Assembly: GCA_050273025.1 (NCBI GenBank) | Contig: CP158635.1 | Span: 27,218,001 to 27,282,000, forward strand | Direction: 5' to 3' | Length of the DNA: 64,000 nt | Source: Cenococcum geophilum | Taxonomy: Eukaryota | Part shown: positions 13,201-24,988 of the stretch, piece after piece | Layout of the letters: each line of letters opens with the position of its first letter | How positions within the stretch are numbered: position 1 is the stretch's first letter | Translations under genes and position numbers: made by a program | The notes under the pieces: model-generated | Told to the model about the DNA's origin: nothing | Database searches by the model: none | What the model saw: only the letters and a program-made list of their open reading frames with translations

Positions 13201-16200
13201 AAATAAGTAGAGCTAAGGTTTTTATAAAGCTTAATATCCGCCAGGCCTTTTACTAAATTAGGATAGACCCTAGGTCTAAGGATCTTACTATATTCCGGAC
13301 CTATTACGGGACGTATAAATATAAGGTACTTCCTTTTAGACTAACTAACGGACTAGCTATATACTAGCAGTATATAAATAATATACTCTTTAACTACCTT
13401 AATAACTTCTATATAGCCTATTTAGATAATATTATAATCTATTTAGAAAATAAACTAGAATATAAGGAGCATGTCTATAAAGTCCTATAACGGCTCCGCG
13501 AAGCTAGCCTCTAGGCTAATATTAAGAAGTTAGAATTCAGTATTAAGCGTATAAAGTACTTAGGTTTTATTATTAACACGGACAGAATTAAAGCCAACCT
13601 AGAGAAAACAACCGTAATTAACTAGTAGACGCCCCCTTAGACCATAAAGGGGGTATAATTATTTTTAGGTTTCTATAACTTCTACTAACGCTTTATTAAG
13701 AACTATAGCAGGATTACCCGGCCTCTTAACCGCCTTACTAGAAAAGACTAGCCCTTTTACTTTAACGCCATATATATATAGGCCTTTAATAAGCTTAAAA
13801 AACGGCTAGTATTAGCCCCCCTACTTACCCACTTTAACCTAGAACGGCCCTTAATACTAAAAACTAATGCCTTAGACGGCGTAATAGCTAATATTTTTTC
13901 CTAGAAGCAACCGGATGGAGAATAGCACCCTATTATATACTATTTAAAGACTATAATAAATACTAAACTAAACTACCACATCCATAATAAAGAAATGCTG
14001 GCTATTATCTCTAGCTTTTAGCACTAGCGTATATAGCTAGAGGGGACCCCTAAACCTATTAAAGTAGTATTAGATTATAAGGCCCTAGAATACTTTATAA
14101 CAACTAAGGCCCTTACGGCCCGGCAGGCACGCTAGGCAGACGTCCTATTTTAGTTTAACTTCTTAATTATATATAGACTAGGCGCTACGAACCGTGCGGA
14201 TACTCTTATTAGGCGCGAATAAGACCTAGGTAACTATATAGCTGCGAAGATCTTATTATAGACCTAGACGCTATTATAACTAGAGCACCTTAACCCCTAG
14301 ATATAGGCAGAACTAAGTATAAACCCCTTAGGCGCCGAGATGTATCCTATTAACCCTTTAGGACTTAACTTAATTAATAAATTACTATAGATAAACTATA
14401 CAGCCCCTTCTCTACAGGAGTACTATAAAAAGGCAAAGAACGTTACTAGCCTATAGTCCCTTAAAAATAGATTACTTAAGTATTAGGAACGGCTGGTAGT
14501 GGTAAAGAAATAGAACTTATGGGCTTAGCTTATTACTAAAGCACATACCTAGGTCTCTACGGCCTACCCTAGAAAGAATAAGACCCGTAGGATTATTAGC
14601 GACCGCTACTACTAGCCTAAAATAGTTATAGATATTAACCGCTATATATAGAACTACAACGACTGCCGTAGGTCTATAATCCCACGAGATAAGACCCTAG
14701 GACTATTAAAACCCCTTCTAATACCCAACCGCCCCTAGTAACATGTCTTTATAGACTTTTATAAGCTACCTCTAAACCGTAACGGATATAATATAGTTAT
14801 AATTCTAGTTAACCGCTTTAGCAAGCGCCTATTCTTAATTCCCTATTATAAAAATATTAATGCTAAAAAGGCAGCCTAATTATATATCTACTATATCTAC
14901 TAAATTTATGGACTACTAGATACTATTATATCTAACCGCGAGCCATAGTTTATATTAGCCTTTTAGAATAAGTTTACCTAGATCCTAGGCATTAAGCTAA
15001 AGCTTTTTATAGTATATTACCCCCAGACAGACGGTTAAACGGAGATTATAAATTAATACTTAGACTAGAGACTTCGGCCTTTTGTTAACTACTTTTAGAA
15101 TAACTAGGCTAAACTATTACCTTTAATAGACTACGCCTAAGCGACCTTACCCCATAACTCTACCGGATTTGCCCCTATTTAACTAGAAATGGGTTACCTA
15201 CCCTATATAAGCTTTAACTAGGAAAGACCAGAAAGGCCCTAGACTATACGCGAAAAACTATCTTATAAGGAAGCCTAGTAGTACGCTAAGCGCTTAAAAG
15301 AAGCCTAAAAAGTAGCCCGTATAAACTTAGAAAAGGCCCAGAAATTAATAAAACAGCAGGTAAATAAGCATAGGCGTAAGCCTAACTTTACTATAGGCAA
15401 TATAGTCTAGGTTATAATAAAAAACTAAAAGATAGAACGGCCTAGCCGTAAGCTAGACTATAAGATAGCAAAACTGTATAAGATTCTTAATAAAGTAAGC
15501 AACTTATATAAGGTTAAGCTCCCAAACTTAATTAAAGTCCACCCTATCTTCTTACTAGATAAGCTATAGAAAGCTATAAATAACCTACTGCCCGGACAAA
15601 AGAATGAACCTCCCCTACTAATTTAAGTTAACAATAATAATAAATGGGAAATTAAAGAAATATTAGCCTATAAACTTATAAAGGGAACGTTAAAGTATTA
15701 TATTAGTTGGAAAGGATATAACCCAGACCCCACTTAGTACCCTATATAAAACTTTATAGGTAGCCCCTATAAACTTTAAAAGTTCTATAGTTATTACCCT
15801 AATAAACCTAAACCGCTAAAGTACCTAGATAAGTAAATAGAATGCTAGTATAATAAAGACGATAAGCTACTAGAAGAACATAAGGACAAAAATACCCCAG
15901 AAATTTCTTAGTTATATAAGGTATTAAGATATTTAGGAACTTTAACTGGCGGTTAAAGTTATCTAATTAGTTAGATTCTCTTACTAAGACTTTTAGCAGC
16001 AAAGCCTAAGGGCAGGCTTTTTTAGAGGGGGGGGTAATATTACGGCACTGGCAGAACTTGGCAGAACTACGCACCGGCAAGTTGCCACAGATTGCCGCAT
16101 ATTGCGGTCATGTGACGCGAAGATCGTATATAGCTTCGAGCGGCGCTCCCCTTCTTCTCCTTTCCTTTCTTTAGCTTTAGATTCTCGTTTATAGACAATC

Positions 16201-16264
16201 CAATCGTACAGGCTTACGCGACCATTTTGCCGTACTTATGTCTCGATTGACTGAGTCGCTAACA
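10285..16264 (+). mobile_element. Full-length Ty3/Gypsy chromovirus (copy A1, 5,980 bp), RIP-inactivated
   Basis: 227-bp LTRs at 10285-10511 and 16038-16264; TSD TTCCT; PPT AGAGGGGGGGG; gag with CCHC remnant (~11700-11750); protease; RT AYLDNIII (~13415-13440); RNase H; integrase; chromodomain-like WE..EIL/WKGY.P (~15640-15740). Confidence 0.93.
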
Positions 16265-16400
16265 TTCCTCTCGTTTAATACGTAGCATATTATATAACTC
16301 GCTTACCATTCTTTATCACATAGTTCTACCAGCTCCATCCTAAACCGTGCTTATATTAACCAACTAGCTTCCTTTAACTTTCCTCCAAGTAGTCGTAACA

Positions 16401-18206
16401 TCGTACTTAAAGCGTCCGTAATAATATAGGCAGTATTTATAAAGGCAAAGCTATTTACTCTAGTATTAATAAGAGCGGTTATATTAACTCTATATCTATT
16501 TTAAAATACTATATATAGAACTATAAAATACTTTCCACCCATTAACTAACTAAAATTAATCTCTTTAAGATTAATAGGGTACCCTAGGGGGGAGTCTTTC
16601 TCTAGGGATTTTCTTTTCCCAACTTATCGGACGTTTCTCCTTCCTCTATCTCCTTAATATTACTTATATCCTTTAGCTCTAGGCAAAACAAGATAAAATA
16701 ATCCTCCTTATTATAGTTATAGCACATAGCTAAGGCAAGATTAATTAAAGTATTATAATAAGTACTAGTTAATAGCGTAGTACGTAGCTAGTTAGGCGAG
16801 GCTCGCTAGTATATAGTTATAACCGCTTTTAGTATAAGAGTAGTTATAACTTATCTTCCTACTCTAGCTCCTATAGGTATAGCTAGTGAGTGCCAATTAT
16901 TACGGAGTCGCTTCTACTAATTAGGGTAGGCGTTAATCTACTTTAGTTCTAAGTCTAATAATAGGTAATAAGCTATAAGTCTTTTATAGGTTAGTAGGTT
17001 ATCTAAGGTTATAGTAATTTTTTCTTATAGCCGGATTATTAGCTTATTATATAGGTCTAATTAGTAGTTCTTAAGGGGAACCTAGCCTTCTCCTATAAGG
17101 TATAGAAATTAAGTCTAAATTTTAGTAAAGAGTTAGTTTAGTTTTATTATTAGGCGATTATAGTTATAATAGGCATCCTGTACTTTATTTGGGTTAATAT
17201 AAATAGCCGCTAAGTACTATATTATCTTATTAACAAATATATATCAGATAGGGGAATTATCCTTAAACTTGGCTTAAAAGTGCCGCCAGGCATCCCTAGT
17301 AGTTCAACTAAAAAGGTAGAGCATTTTAGCTTCTTTAGAAAGAAAATAGTTATAATTAACGCGGAGCTTTTCTTATACTTAAATCCTCTAATTCTTAAAG
17401 GTAGGGTCTATCCTATTAAATAGTGGTTAGGGGTTAGGGAGCTTAATAGACTTTAATTACTTCATTATCATATCTATACTCCCTAGTATATTATATTTAG
17501 TAGAGTAAATAGGTCGGCTAGGGCTTTAGAAAAAAAAGCTAGGCTATTTTATAGGGCCGTAAGGCTTTTTAGGATCTCTTATAAGGTCTCTTATATATTT
17601 CTTACTTTAAGATAATCGGCTTTCTAGCTGGCCGTAAGGGCGCGAATCTGCTCACGTACGTCTATAATATTATTATTATCTTTAATTTCTAATCCTAATT
17701 AGATCTTGGGTTCCTCTTAGGTAAAGGCAGCTCTCTTAAATAAGCTTACTTTAGGTGCCATCGTTAGCTTCTTAGGGTTTATTAGTATTATACGCTTTAG
17801 TTTTAATTCTAAGGGTATAGGTCTAGTCCTGTCTAGCTTATAAGGTAGGATATTATCTAGGCCTTCCCAGGCAGTATAGAGTTTTTTTAGTGTCTAAGTA
17901 TAGCCCGTTAATGCGTTATTATAGACAAAGTTTCTTTTTAGGGTAGGATATTATTAAGGCCTTCCCAGGCAGGGTAGAGTAAGCTTAGTATAATATTACG
18001 GCTTATACAAATGCTTCTAAACTAAAGCTTATAGAATGCTGTATTATAAAGATACTAAGCTAAGAAGAAGGAAAAAAGGGGGTCGCTAGGACCGATGTAA
18101 ACAAATATATAGGGTAAGTCGCTAAGGCGCTAGCTCTAGGCGAGCCAATCGCAGGTTAGCAGAATATAGCAGAATTTGGCAGGTAATGTGCAACAGCGCC
18201 GTTATA
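16401..18206 (-). mobile_element. Ty3/Gypsy-type element C: 5' LTR, gag and start of protease, interrupted by element B
   Basis: LTR 17994-18206 (TATTACGGC...GCCGTTATA). The post-LTR leader resembles that of family A. Minus-strand protease remnant ALINTRVNSFAFIN (likely de-RIP ALIDTG.NGFAF) near 16440-16480. Confidence 0.75.
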
Positions 18207-20160
18207 GTAACTAGAGACTAACTATAAGACGGCAATCTACTATATTCTACTATATTTTACTAAGTTCTACTAAGTTCTACTAAATCCTACTAAGTTCTGC
18301 TAGTACTACCACCTAAATCCTATTCTACTTTATGTATATATTAACTAAGTAACCAAGTTTATAATATATACCCTTTCTTCTTATTTTCCTAACTTTTTTC
18401 CTTATATAACGTCTTAATCTTATTATACAGTTTATATATATAGCTTAATAATATATACTTTGCTATATATTATCGTCGCTTATACTTACTCCGTAACACT
18501 ACCCCTATATTAAACGCCTTGCCTAAATAGATCTAGAATTCTCCTCTTTTAGTTAAAGTAGATAGTAAGGATAAGTACTTTATTAAAAGAATTATTATTA
18601 TTAATTCTATTTAACATCTAATGCGGTCCCTATTTAGGTCTATTATTAGGGCACTAAGGCCCTTAAGGTTTACAGCAATATAATAATAATAGTGGAATGT
18701 AATAAGTACCTAGTTCTTAATAAAGGAGAACTATAAAACTAAATTCTACTATTCTCTGGTACGGGGCGACTATGTTTTATAGGCGCCTCGCCTACGCTAA
18801 GCTAGTTATGGTAAGTACGTCTCTATAGCCTAATATTTATATAGACTAATACTATAATATAGGTATAAAAAATCTCTAAGGGAGACGTAAGAGGTAATAC
18901 TTTTAGATAGTATCCGTACTATATTAACGGGAAAAATACCATTAGTTTACTACTCTAAGACTCCTATAAGGGGACTTTATAGATAGGGGGCTATAAGGCA
19001 TAATTGTAGAAATAAATAGATTATAGAGGAGACAAATCCTTAAGGAGGTAAGGCCTTTAGGATTATAGAGACTATATACTACGGGTATATACCTTTAGTA
19101 TATAACCGGCGACCATTTAAGGGGCGTCTAGGGGTTGTCCTAAGGGCAACTCAAGGTAACTGCAATAATATCCCTTATAACTTCCGTATGGGAGTGTCCT
19201 AATTACCTATTTTACCTTATTTACTATTTATACTATACTTCTACTTTAAGTTAAGAATACTATAAGATTAATATAATCCTGCCCTTTTACCTTATATATA
19301 TGTATATACATTGCCTACGGTCTTCCTACCTATAGTATAATTTCTACCCTAGATAGATAGCGGGACGGATGTAGTATAGAACTAGGTATTTTATCCTAGG
19401 GCCCTAACCTAGGTCCCCTATATACATCCCCAGTGTAAGGATCTTTTAACCCTTACTCGGGTGCACGCCCGCCCAGGCTAGCCTTCGGCTAGCCCTTGGC
19501 ACCTCCTTATAAGCTCCTCGGGCTTGCAGCCCTCCTTCCCTCCTCATCAGTTCGTCTCTGTACGAGGCTATTGCCTACCCTCATTACCATATCGTCCTCT
19601 TCCATCGGCTCTCCTTGTGACTCATGCTCGGCTTGCCTGCTCTCTACCGTACACCTGGGCAATATGCCTTACACCCAGCTAAAGATATAGAGGAAGATAA
19701 AATACCGCGCGGCTAAGTTTAGGCCGTTAGGTAGGATAGGGAATAAAAGGCTTATTATAGGCCTCCTACCTGCGAGGTGTATATGGTTCGATTGCGCGTA
19801 TAATATAGTTATACCATATAGGAGGAAGGAGTCGCCGGAGGTAGAGATTGCCGTGGTTTAATGGCTCGAATACGTATATTAAGACGTAGTAGCTATATTC
19901 CTAAGTCTCCGCTAGGGCTTACTCTCCCAGTAAGAAATTTTTTCCCATTACTACTACGTCGCAGCGCCCGCGATGCGCTGCCGTACGTAACGTCTCTGCG
20001 TTTGCTCTAATAGTCTATTAGCATAATCCTAATGGAACACCAATAGTAGCTGCTAGGTTCCCGGGCTCCACCGCGTGGAGGTGCAGAGGCCGATTTCATG
20101 GCCACTACAATTATTATAGTTAGGACGTAGCTCGTAGAAATAGACAAAATTTAAAATTTA
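18207..20160. repeat. Unassigned RIP-degenerated repeat DNA, including a probable LTR end (CTCCGTAACA at 18489-18498)
   Basis: Strong TpA enrichment and short tandem CTAAGTTCTA units; no recognisable domain could be translated. Confidence 0.45.
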
Positions 20161-20422
20161 AAACATTTAGTCACAGCTAAAACGACGCCCGTGAGCTCTC
20201 AGACGCTCGAGGGAAATTTTAAGGGGGATAGGGAGCCGTATGCACGTGCTTTCCCTGCCCCGTAACCAAATTCTACCACGGAGCGTCTGATTATAAGATA
20301 ACTTTTCTGCGCACTTCGTAGCAAGTATTCCATCTATTAAACAAGCAGTCTTCAGCACCCATGAACCTTAGCTCCATCTAAATTATAGTGTTGTATTCTC
20401 ATCAACCACAAACGTTGTCATC

Positions 20423-21582
20423 ATGTCACGTCCAGCAACACGGAAGGCAGCCCCAAAAGGCGAATATATCGAGACAGTATGTACATCAATCTCTATACTT
20501 TACCACTTCTATGCATCTCCGTACTTTGAACCTTTGTTTCAGTTATTATCAGGTGGAAGAAGCCAAGTTCATGACCATGTCCGCATGTATATACCATTTC
20601 CTTACTTTCGCAGCAATGAAACCTTTCCACCGCTCTTTTAGTTCATGTCAACGACTGTTTTTCATTCAACCTATTCATGGTGTATTCTTACCATCTTGTA
20701 TTCTGTTTTGGGTCAGTGATACTATTATACCTCTTGGCAGAATTTCACAGCATATCTTATCTCTTTCATCTAATTAAGAACGAGATTCATCCCGTGAGAA
20801 ACATTTCATAATAATCATTCTCGTCCAGGACTCAGGCAATAAAGTCTCCCGCCGTGCTGCCATAACGGGAACCGCAAACATCACACTCGGCGGGCGAACC
20901 GTAATCCAAGCCGACGTTCATCTCCGCGGGGACCTGCACCCAACACGTCCGTTACCCCAATCTAGCGCTGGCTCCTCACGACCGGATGTCCCACCTACCT
21001 CTATAAGCATCGGGCGATGTACAGTGATATCAACCGGCTGCGTGATCAAGCCGCCCAGCAGAGTGAGCCGCGGGACAGTGCACTACTACCCCATGAAAGT
21101 GGGCGACAACGTGTTCATCGGTATGTACCGCGTGCAACATGTATATCATTTCGCCCTGTTGCATCTTTCATTTTATTAAGCGCCATGTTCTTCCGATCTC
21201 TTTCAGCTAGATGCAGCATCTGCCATGAGCAAGAGAAATGAGTGGCGCTGATCTATTGTTTGTCTCAGGTCCTGGCACCACTATCTCGGCAATCTCCATC
21301 TCCTCCCATGTCTACGTTGGCGCCAATGTCGTGATCCAGCCTTTCGCTATCATCAAAGAAAACGTCAAGATCCTTCCCAATACAATCGTACCTGCTCACA
21401 TGGTGATACCATCCGGCTCCGTGGTAGCTGGGCGGCCCGCGCGCGTGGTCGGGGAAGTCGGAGAAGGTTGGGGTGTTAGCGCGGGCGGTGCTGGCAGCGG
21501 TGGGTTGGGCACAAGCAGTGGAGCGGGGAATGGATGGGTAGAGGGCGGGGATCTGCGGGAATTGGTAAGGGCTATCAAATAA
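20423..21582 (+). CDS. DCTN5: Dynactin subunit 5 (p25); join(20423..20476,20829..21120,21269..21582), ~219 aa
   Basis: Spliced translation MSRPATRKAAPKGEYIET-DSGNKVSRRAAITGTANITLGGRTVIQADVHLRGDL...MKVGDNVFIG-PGTTISAISISSHVYVGANVVIQPFAIIKENVKIL shows the p25 N-terminus and left-handed beta-helix hexapeptide repeats. GT-AG introns keep frame. Confidence 0.92.
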
Positions 21583-23182
21583 GATGCATAGAGCAGAAGT
21601 TGTGAAGGCTTCCTTGGGTGTGAGTGGCTATGGGGAAATCGCCAAGGCGTGACCAAGGGGTGATCTCCGATTGCATAGCAGCCGCGTTCAACCGGCTGAG
21701 CCTGTTGAAGAATGGAGATCAAGGGCGAGATCCGGTCTCTGGGCGTGAGGCTTATTGAATCGATGATGGTCACTTAAAGTGGCGCGGGATATACCCAATG
21801 AGATAGTCGAAGTCAGGTCCCAATATATCAAGGGCAACAGTAGGTTGACACCCCTAATTGATACTCGCACACCCTCCAATTGATGCACAGACACCCCCAT
21901 TGATTGGCTTTGATTCCTACTACATTTAGTTGAAACGTCATATGCATTTGACTTGACTAGGAAGGTTTTAAACTCAATCAGGAAGTATCTAAACCAAATC
22001 AAGAGGGTGTGTATGGGTATCGATCTGCTGCTGTCCACATATCAGTTCGCCCATTCCTAAAGGAACTCTTTGAGCATATCTGAAGCACGCCATATTTCAT
22101 TTCAGGCTAAATATGCAAAGACGCGGACGCCACGTGCTACGAAATATCAAATTCCTTTTAAAAAAGGAAAAAGGATCGCCGTTCGAGAAGGAAGAGTCCG
22201 CGCTGCGAGTCAGCAGAGACATGATCCCCGAGCGGGCCGCAAGCCATATGCCGCCGTCTAAGCCTGGATCTGCTCCCGAAACCCTTCGAGTCAGCCCACC
22301 CGGATCTCGGCACTCGCAACCGGAAAGCTATTCCAGAAATACATAACCGGCGTACCAACGAGTCAGCAAAACCGGCCTACATGGTCCGGCATGTTTAACC
22401 TTGCCCAAGACGCTGCAAGCACGTTGAAGTCCCCATCACCCGATGGCACGCGGGAAATCCCTTGGGTCGGGTCGATTTTGAGCATCCCACCCTCCCTTCC
22501 CCCGCGGACGCCGGTCTCTGAATCACGGGCACGGCTAGCTGCTCGTAGGTGGCTACCTACCCCACCTTCTCAGCTAAACACTCCGTCTTGGCCTTAAAGG
22601 GTGATCCGCTATATCCAAACCTTGAACCTCATCCCCGCTCTCTCACACCCTCGTCCGCCCAGCTTTTTACTTTCCGCAGACCCCGTCTTCCGCGCCGTTG
22701 TCTCTGCTGCCGGCGTTCGACCCGGCCACCTGAACCCCTCCCCCTTTGTATCTCCCTCCCGACTGCAGGGGCTTTCCAGCGCCCTGGACCTGGGAGGCGA
22801 GGATCTAAGACCGGGGTCTGGTGACAGGGGGTTCAGTTGGGCTGGGAGTTTTGCAGGTTCCAGTCGTTACGTGTGTGAGGCTGCGTGACCTGGGGCTGAG
22901 ACGCGCTGGGCCGAGGCGGATGTCCCCGATGCGTGGTTGCCGGAGTGTGCTCCACTACGATCGATCGGCGCTGTGGGCTTGCTGGCGTAAATTGTCGGTG
23001 AGCGTTTTGGGTATGCTTTGGGCAGGAAACAGGATGGCGAGGATACCTAACTTCTTTTGGGAACAGTGTTGAAGTGCTTTGATGTGAGCGTGTGTGCACC
23101 TAGCAAGGGTAGGTGAAGTCCTACTGATGCCGATGAATGAAGACGGAGTAAAGTAAGGTTTCAAGCTGTTCGCCGGGTTCTA

Positions 23183-23366
23183 CACCATCCTGGCGCATCC
23201 GGTTGAAAGCGTGTGTCGATCACGCTAACCAAAATGCGTACATTTGTACCCAAATGTGGGTAAAAATACGTTTAAATGGCCGTGCTTATTACTTCAAAAG
23301 GTATAGATTCTGCCGTTTGATCACCAAGATCGACACGCGCTTTCAATCGGAGTTGACAAGATGGTG
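23183..23366. mobile_element. MITE (184 bp, Tc1/mariner-like, TA target duplication)
   Basis: ~39-bp imperfect TIRs CACCATC...TTGAAAGCGTGTGTCGATC / GATCGACACGCGCTTTCAA...GATGGTG, flanked by TA on both sides. Confidence 0.8.
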
Positions 23367-23710
23367 TATACAATAGAGAGCCTATGATGTTCTAGATTAG
23401 GAATGTCTCACCACCAACCTGAAACCTCACAGGCGCGCAATAATTGGGGCTTCAAATCCTAAATTGCGAAATGGGCCATGAAAGACTGGGGTTTTCAAGT
23501 CAAACCGTGGGTCTGAGTTTAATTGTGTAACAGTGTCGAGATAAATTTCCCTTTATGAATTTTATGTCGCAAAATATTCTCCATGCATCTGCAAATAATC
23601 CGCCAAGAAGTTCCCCAGAATACTACGCCACTGCTGACCCTCCATTTGACCACGTTGCTGACTGCGCCTCATGCTTCCAAGCTGTCCTGACTCCTGACAT
23701 CCCAGTCCAT

Positions 23711-24988
23711 TTAAGCTATGAATCTCACGCCTCTCCCAGTAGTGCTAGCCGAGGCCACGGGTTCCGCTGGACCACCATCAGGGTTCGTCACAGTGCCTGC
23801 GAAACCTAAAGCGGTATTCCACGCGTCTGCGGTGCTCTTATCCCGCGTTCCCAGAGCGCTGATCTGCGCTTTGGCGGCCACGCATGCGGTCTTGGCGGCG
23901 TCGTTCGCTTCGCACACGTTCGTAAGCTGGTCGCACATGCGGTTGGTGATGATGTTGGGGTTAAGCGCTTCTTGCTGTCCCCGGGCAGCGAGAGGGTCGA
24001 TCATCTGGAAGGTGAACTCGGTCGCGGGACGGCCTCCGAGCCCGCCTTCGAATTTGATGGTGGGGACGCAGAGACCGAAGTCGAGGCCTGCGATGGTGGA
24101 TTGCTGGACGTTGCCTGTGGAGGCGGTGGCGCTGGGTGCCGTGGCGGGTACTGCGGAGCTAACTGCAGGAACTGTTGCAACTGCTGAGCTGGCTACGGGA
24201 GCGGCGCCGCATGGAACTGGATGAACATGTTAGGGTAGGATTCGAGGGCAGGGATGGTCGAGGGACTTACCAGCTGCAGCACTAGAAGCAACTGTAGGCG
24301 CCGCGACGGCAGCGGAAGCAACAGGTGCGGCAGCAGCGCTTGAGGTCGCGGCGTTTGCGTTACCAGCAGTTGCTGTGTTGCTAGCCGCTACTTGTCTAGT
24401 GAAGTTACTGAAGCCGTTCTCGGTCAGAAGATCCGCAATGCTCCTTCCAGTTGCATCGAGTGGAGCCTTTGCAGAAGAAGCTGAAAGAGCGTTTGCGACA
24501 TCTGATCCACCGACGGCTGGATCGATCAAAGGCGTGATACCTCTTAATTGCTCAGTGACTGGAAGGGTTGGGTCATCGCAAATAGTCGGAATGCTCTGAG
24601 CGAAAGGGTTGAAGTCCTTTTCTGCTGTGATCATGCCAATGGCTGCAGCGACAGCATCAGTGCCAGTGCCAAGTTCGGCAATGATTTGATCCGCACGTTG
24701 AAGCTTTGATTCAGTGAGCATAGAATATATTCTCTTGGTGGCGTTGAGACATACCTTCGCGCATGCGTTAGCTTCCGCAAGAAGATCGCTAACCGCTGCA
24801 CCAGCAATTGTGGCAGCTTGTCCAGGAGCACCACCGCTAGTAACAGCAGAAATGGCTGGAATGGGAATTTGTTCCTGGCCGAAGCTATTTCTTATTAGTT
24901 TGGATATTGTAGAGGCCATATTAAGAGTGATGTACCGGGCTTCGGCGATGGCTACAACGGCCGCAATGATAATGGCTCGAGATAGCAT
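23711..24988 (-). CDS. Secreted Ala-rich protein with Cys-containing N- and C-terminal domains; complement(join(23711..24216,24271..24703,24755..24884,24936..24988))
   Basis: Signal peptide MLSRAIIIAAVVAIAEAR-FGQEQ; three short GT-AG introns keep frame; Ala/Thr/Ser linker; C-terminal DFGLCVPTIKFEGG...QQEALNPNIITNRMCDQLTNVC domain. Confidence 0.85.

Larger units (their letters stand above)
4553..16400 (-). mobile_element. Ty3/Gypsy-type LTR retrotransposon (element B): 5' LTR, gag and protease; interrupted by elements D and A1 and cut by E
   Basis: Minus-strand gag start ATGCCACCGAAAGCA near 9979, CCHC-knuckle remnant near 8930-8975, aspartic-protease motif (V-L-I-D-S-[G]-A) near 4670-4690. 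5' LTR spans 10078-16400 (TATTACAA...TCGTAACA) and is split by A1. Confidence 0.75.

Noticed and set aside
20067..20081. CTCCAC-CGC-GTGGAG hairpin as a Helitron 3' end
   Set aside because: No CTRR terminus at the expected distance and no Rep/helicase remnants recognised.
22425..22900. RNase MRP-like pair GAAGTCCCC (~22427) and GGGGCT (~22892)
   Set aside because: The CR-V context (ACAnnnGGGGCUnA) and room for P2/P3 upstream of CR-I are not convincing; kept only as an unassigned structured-RNA candidate.
23718..24224. 168-aa plus-strand ORF and other antisense ORFs over the genes
   Set aside because: Shadow ORFs antisense to well-supported spliced genes.
24229..24237. GTTAGGGTA as a telomerase template or telomeric seed
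   Set aside because: It is the CTAAC branch point of a minus-strand intron.
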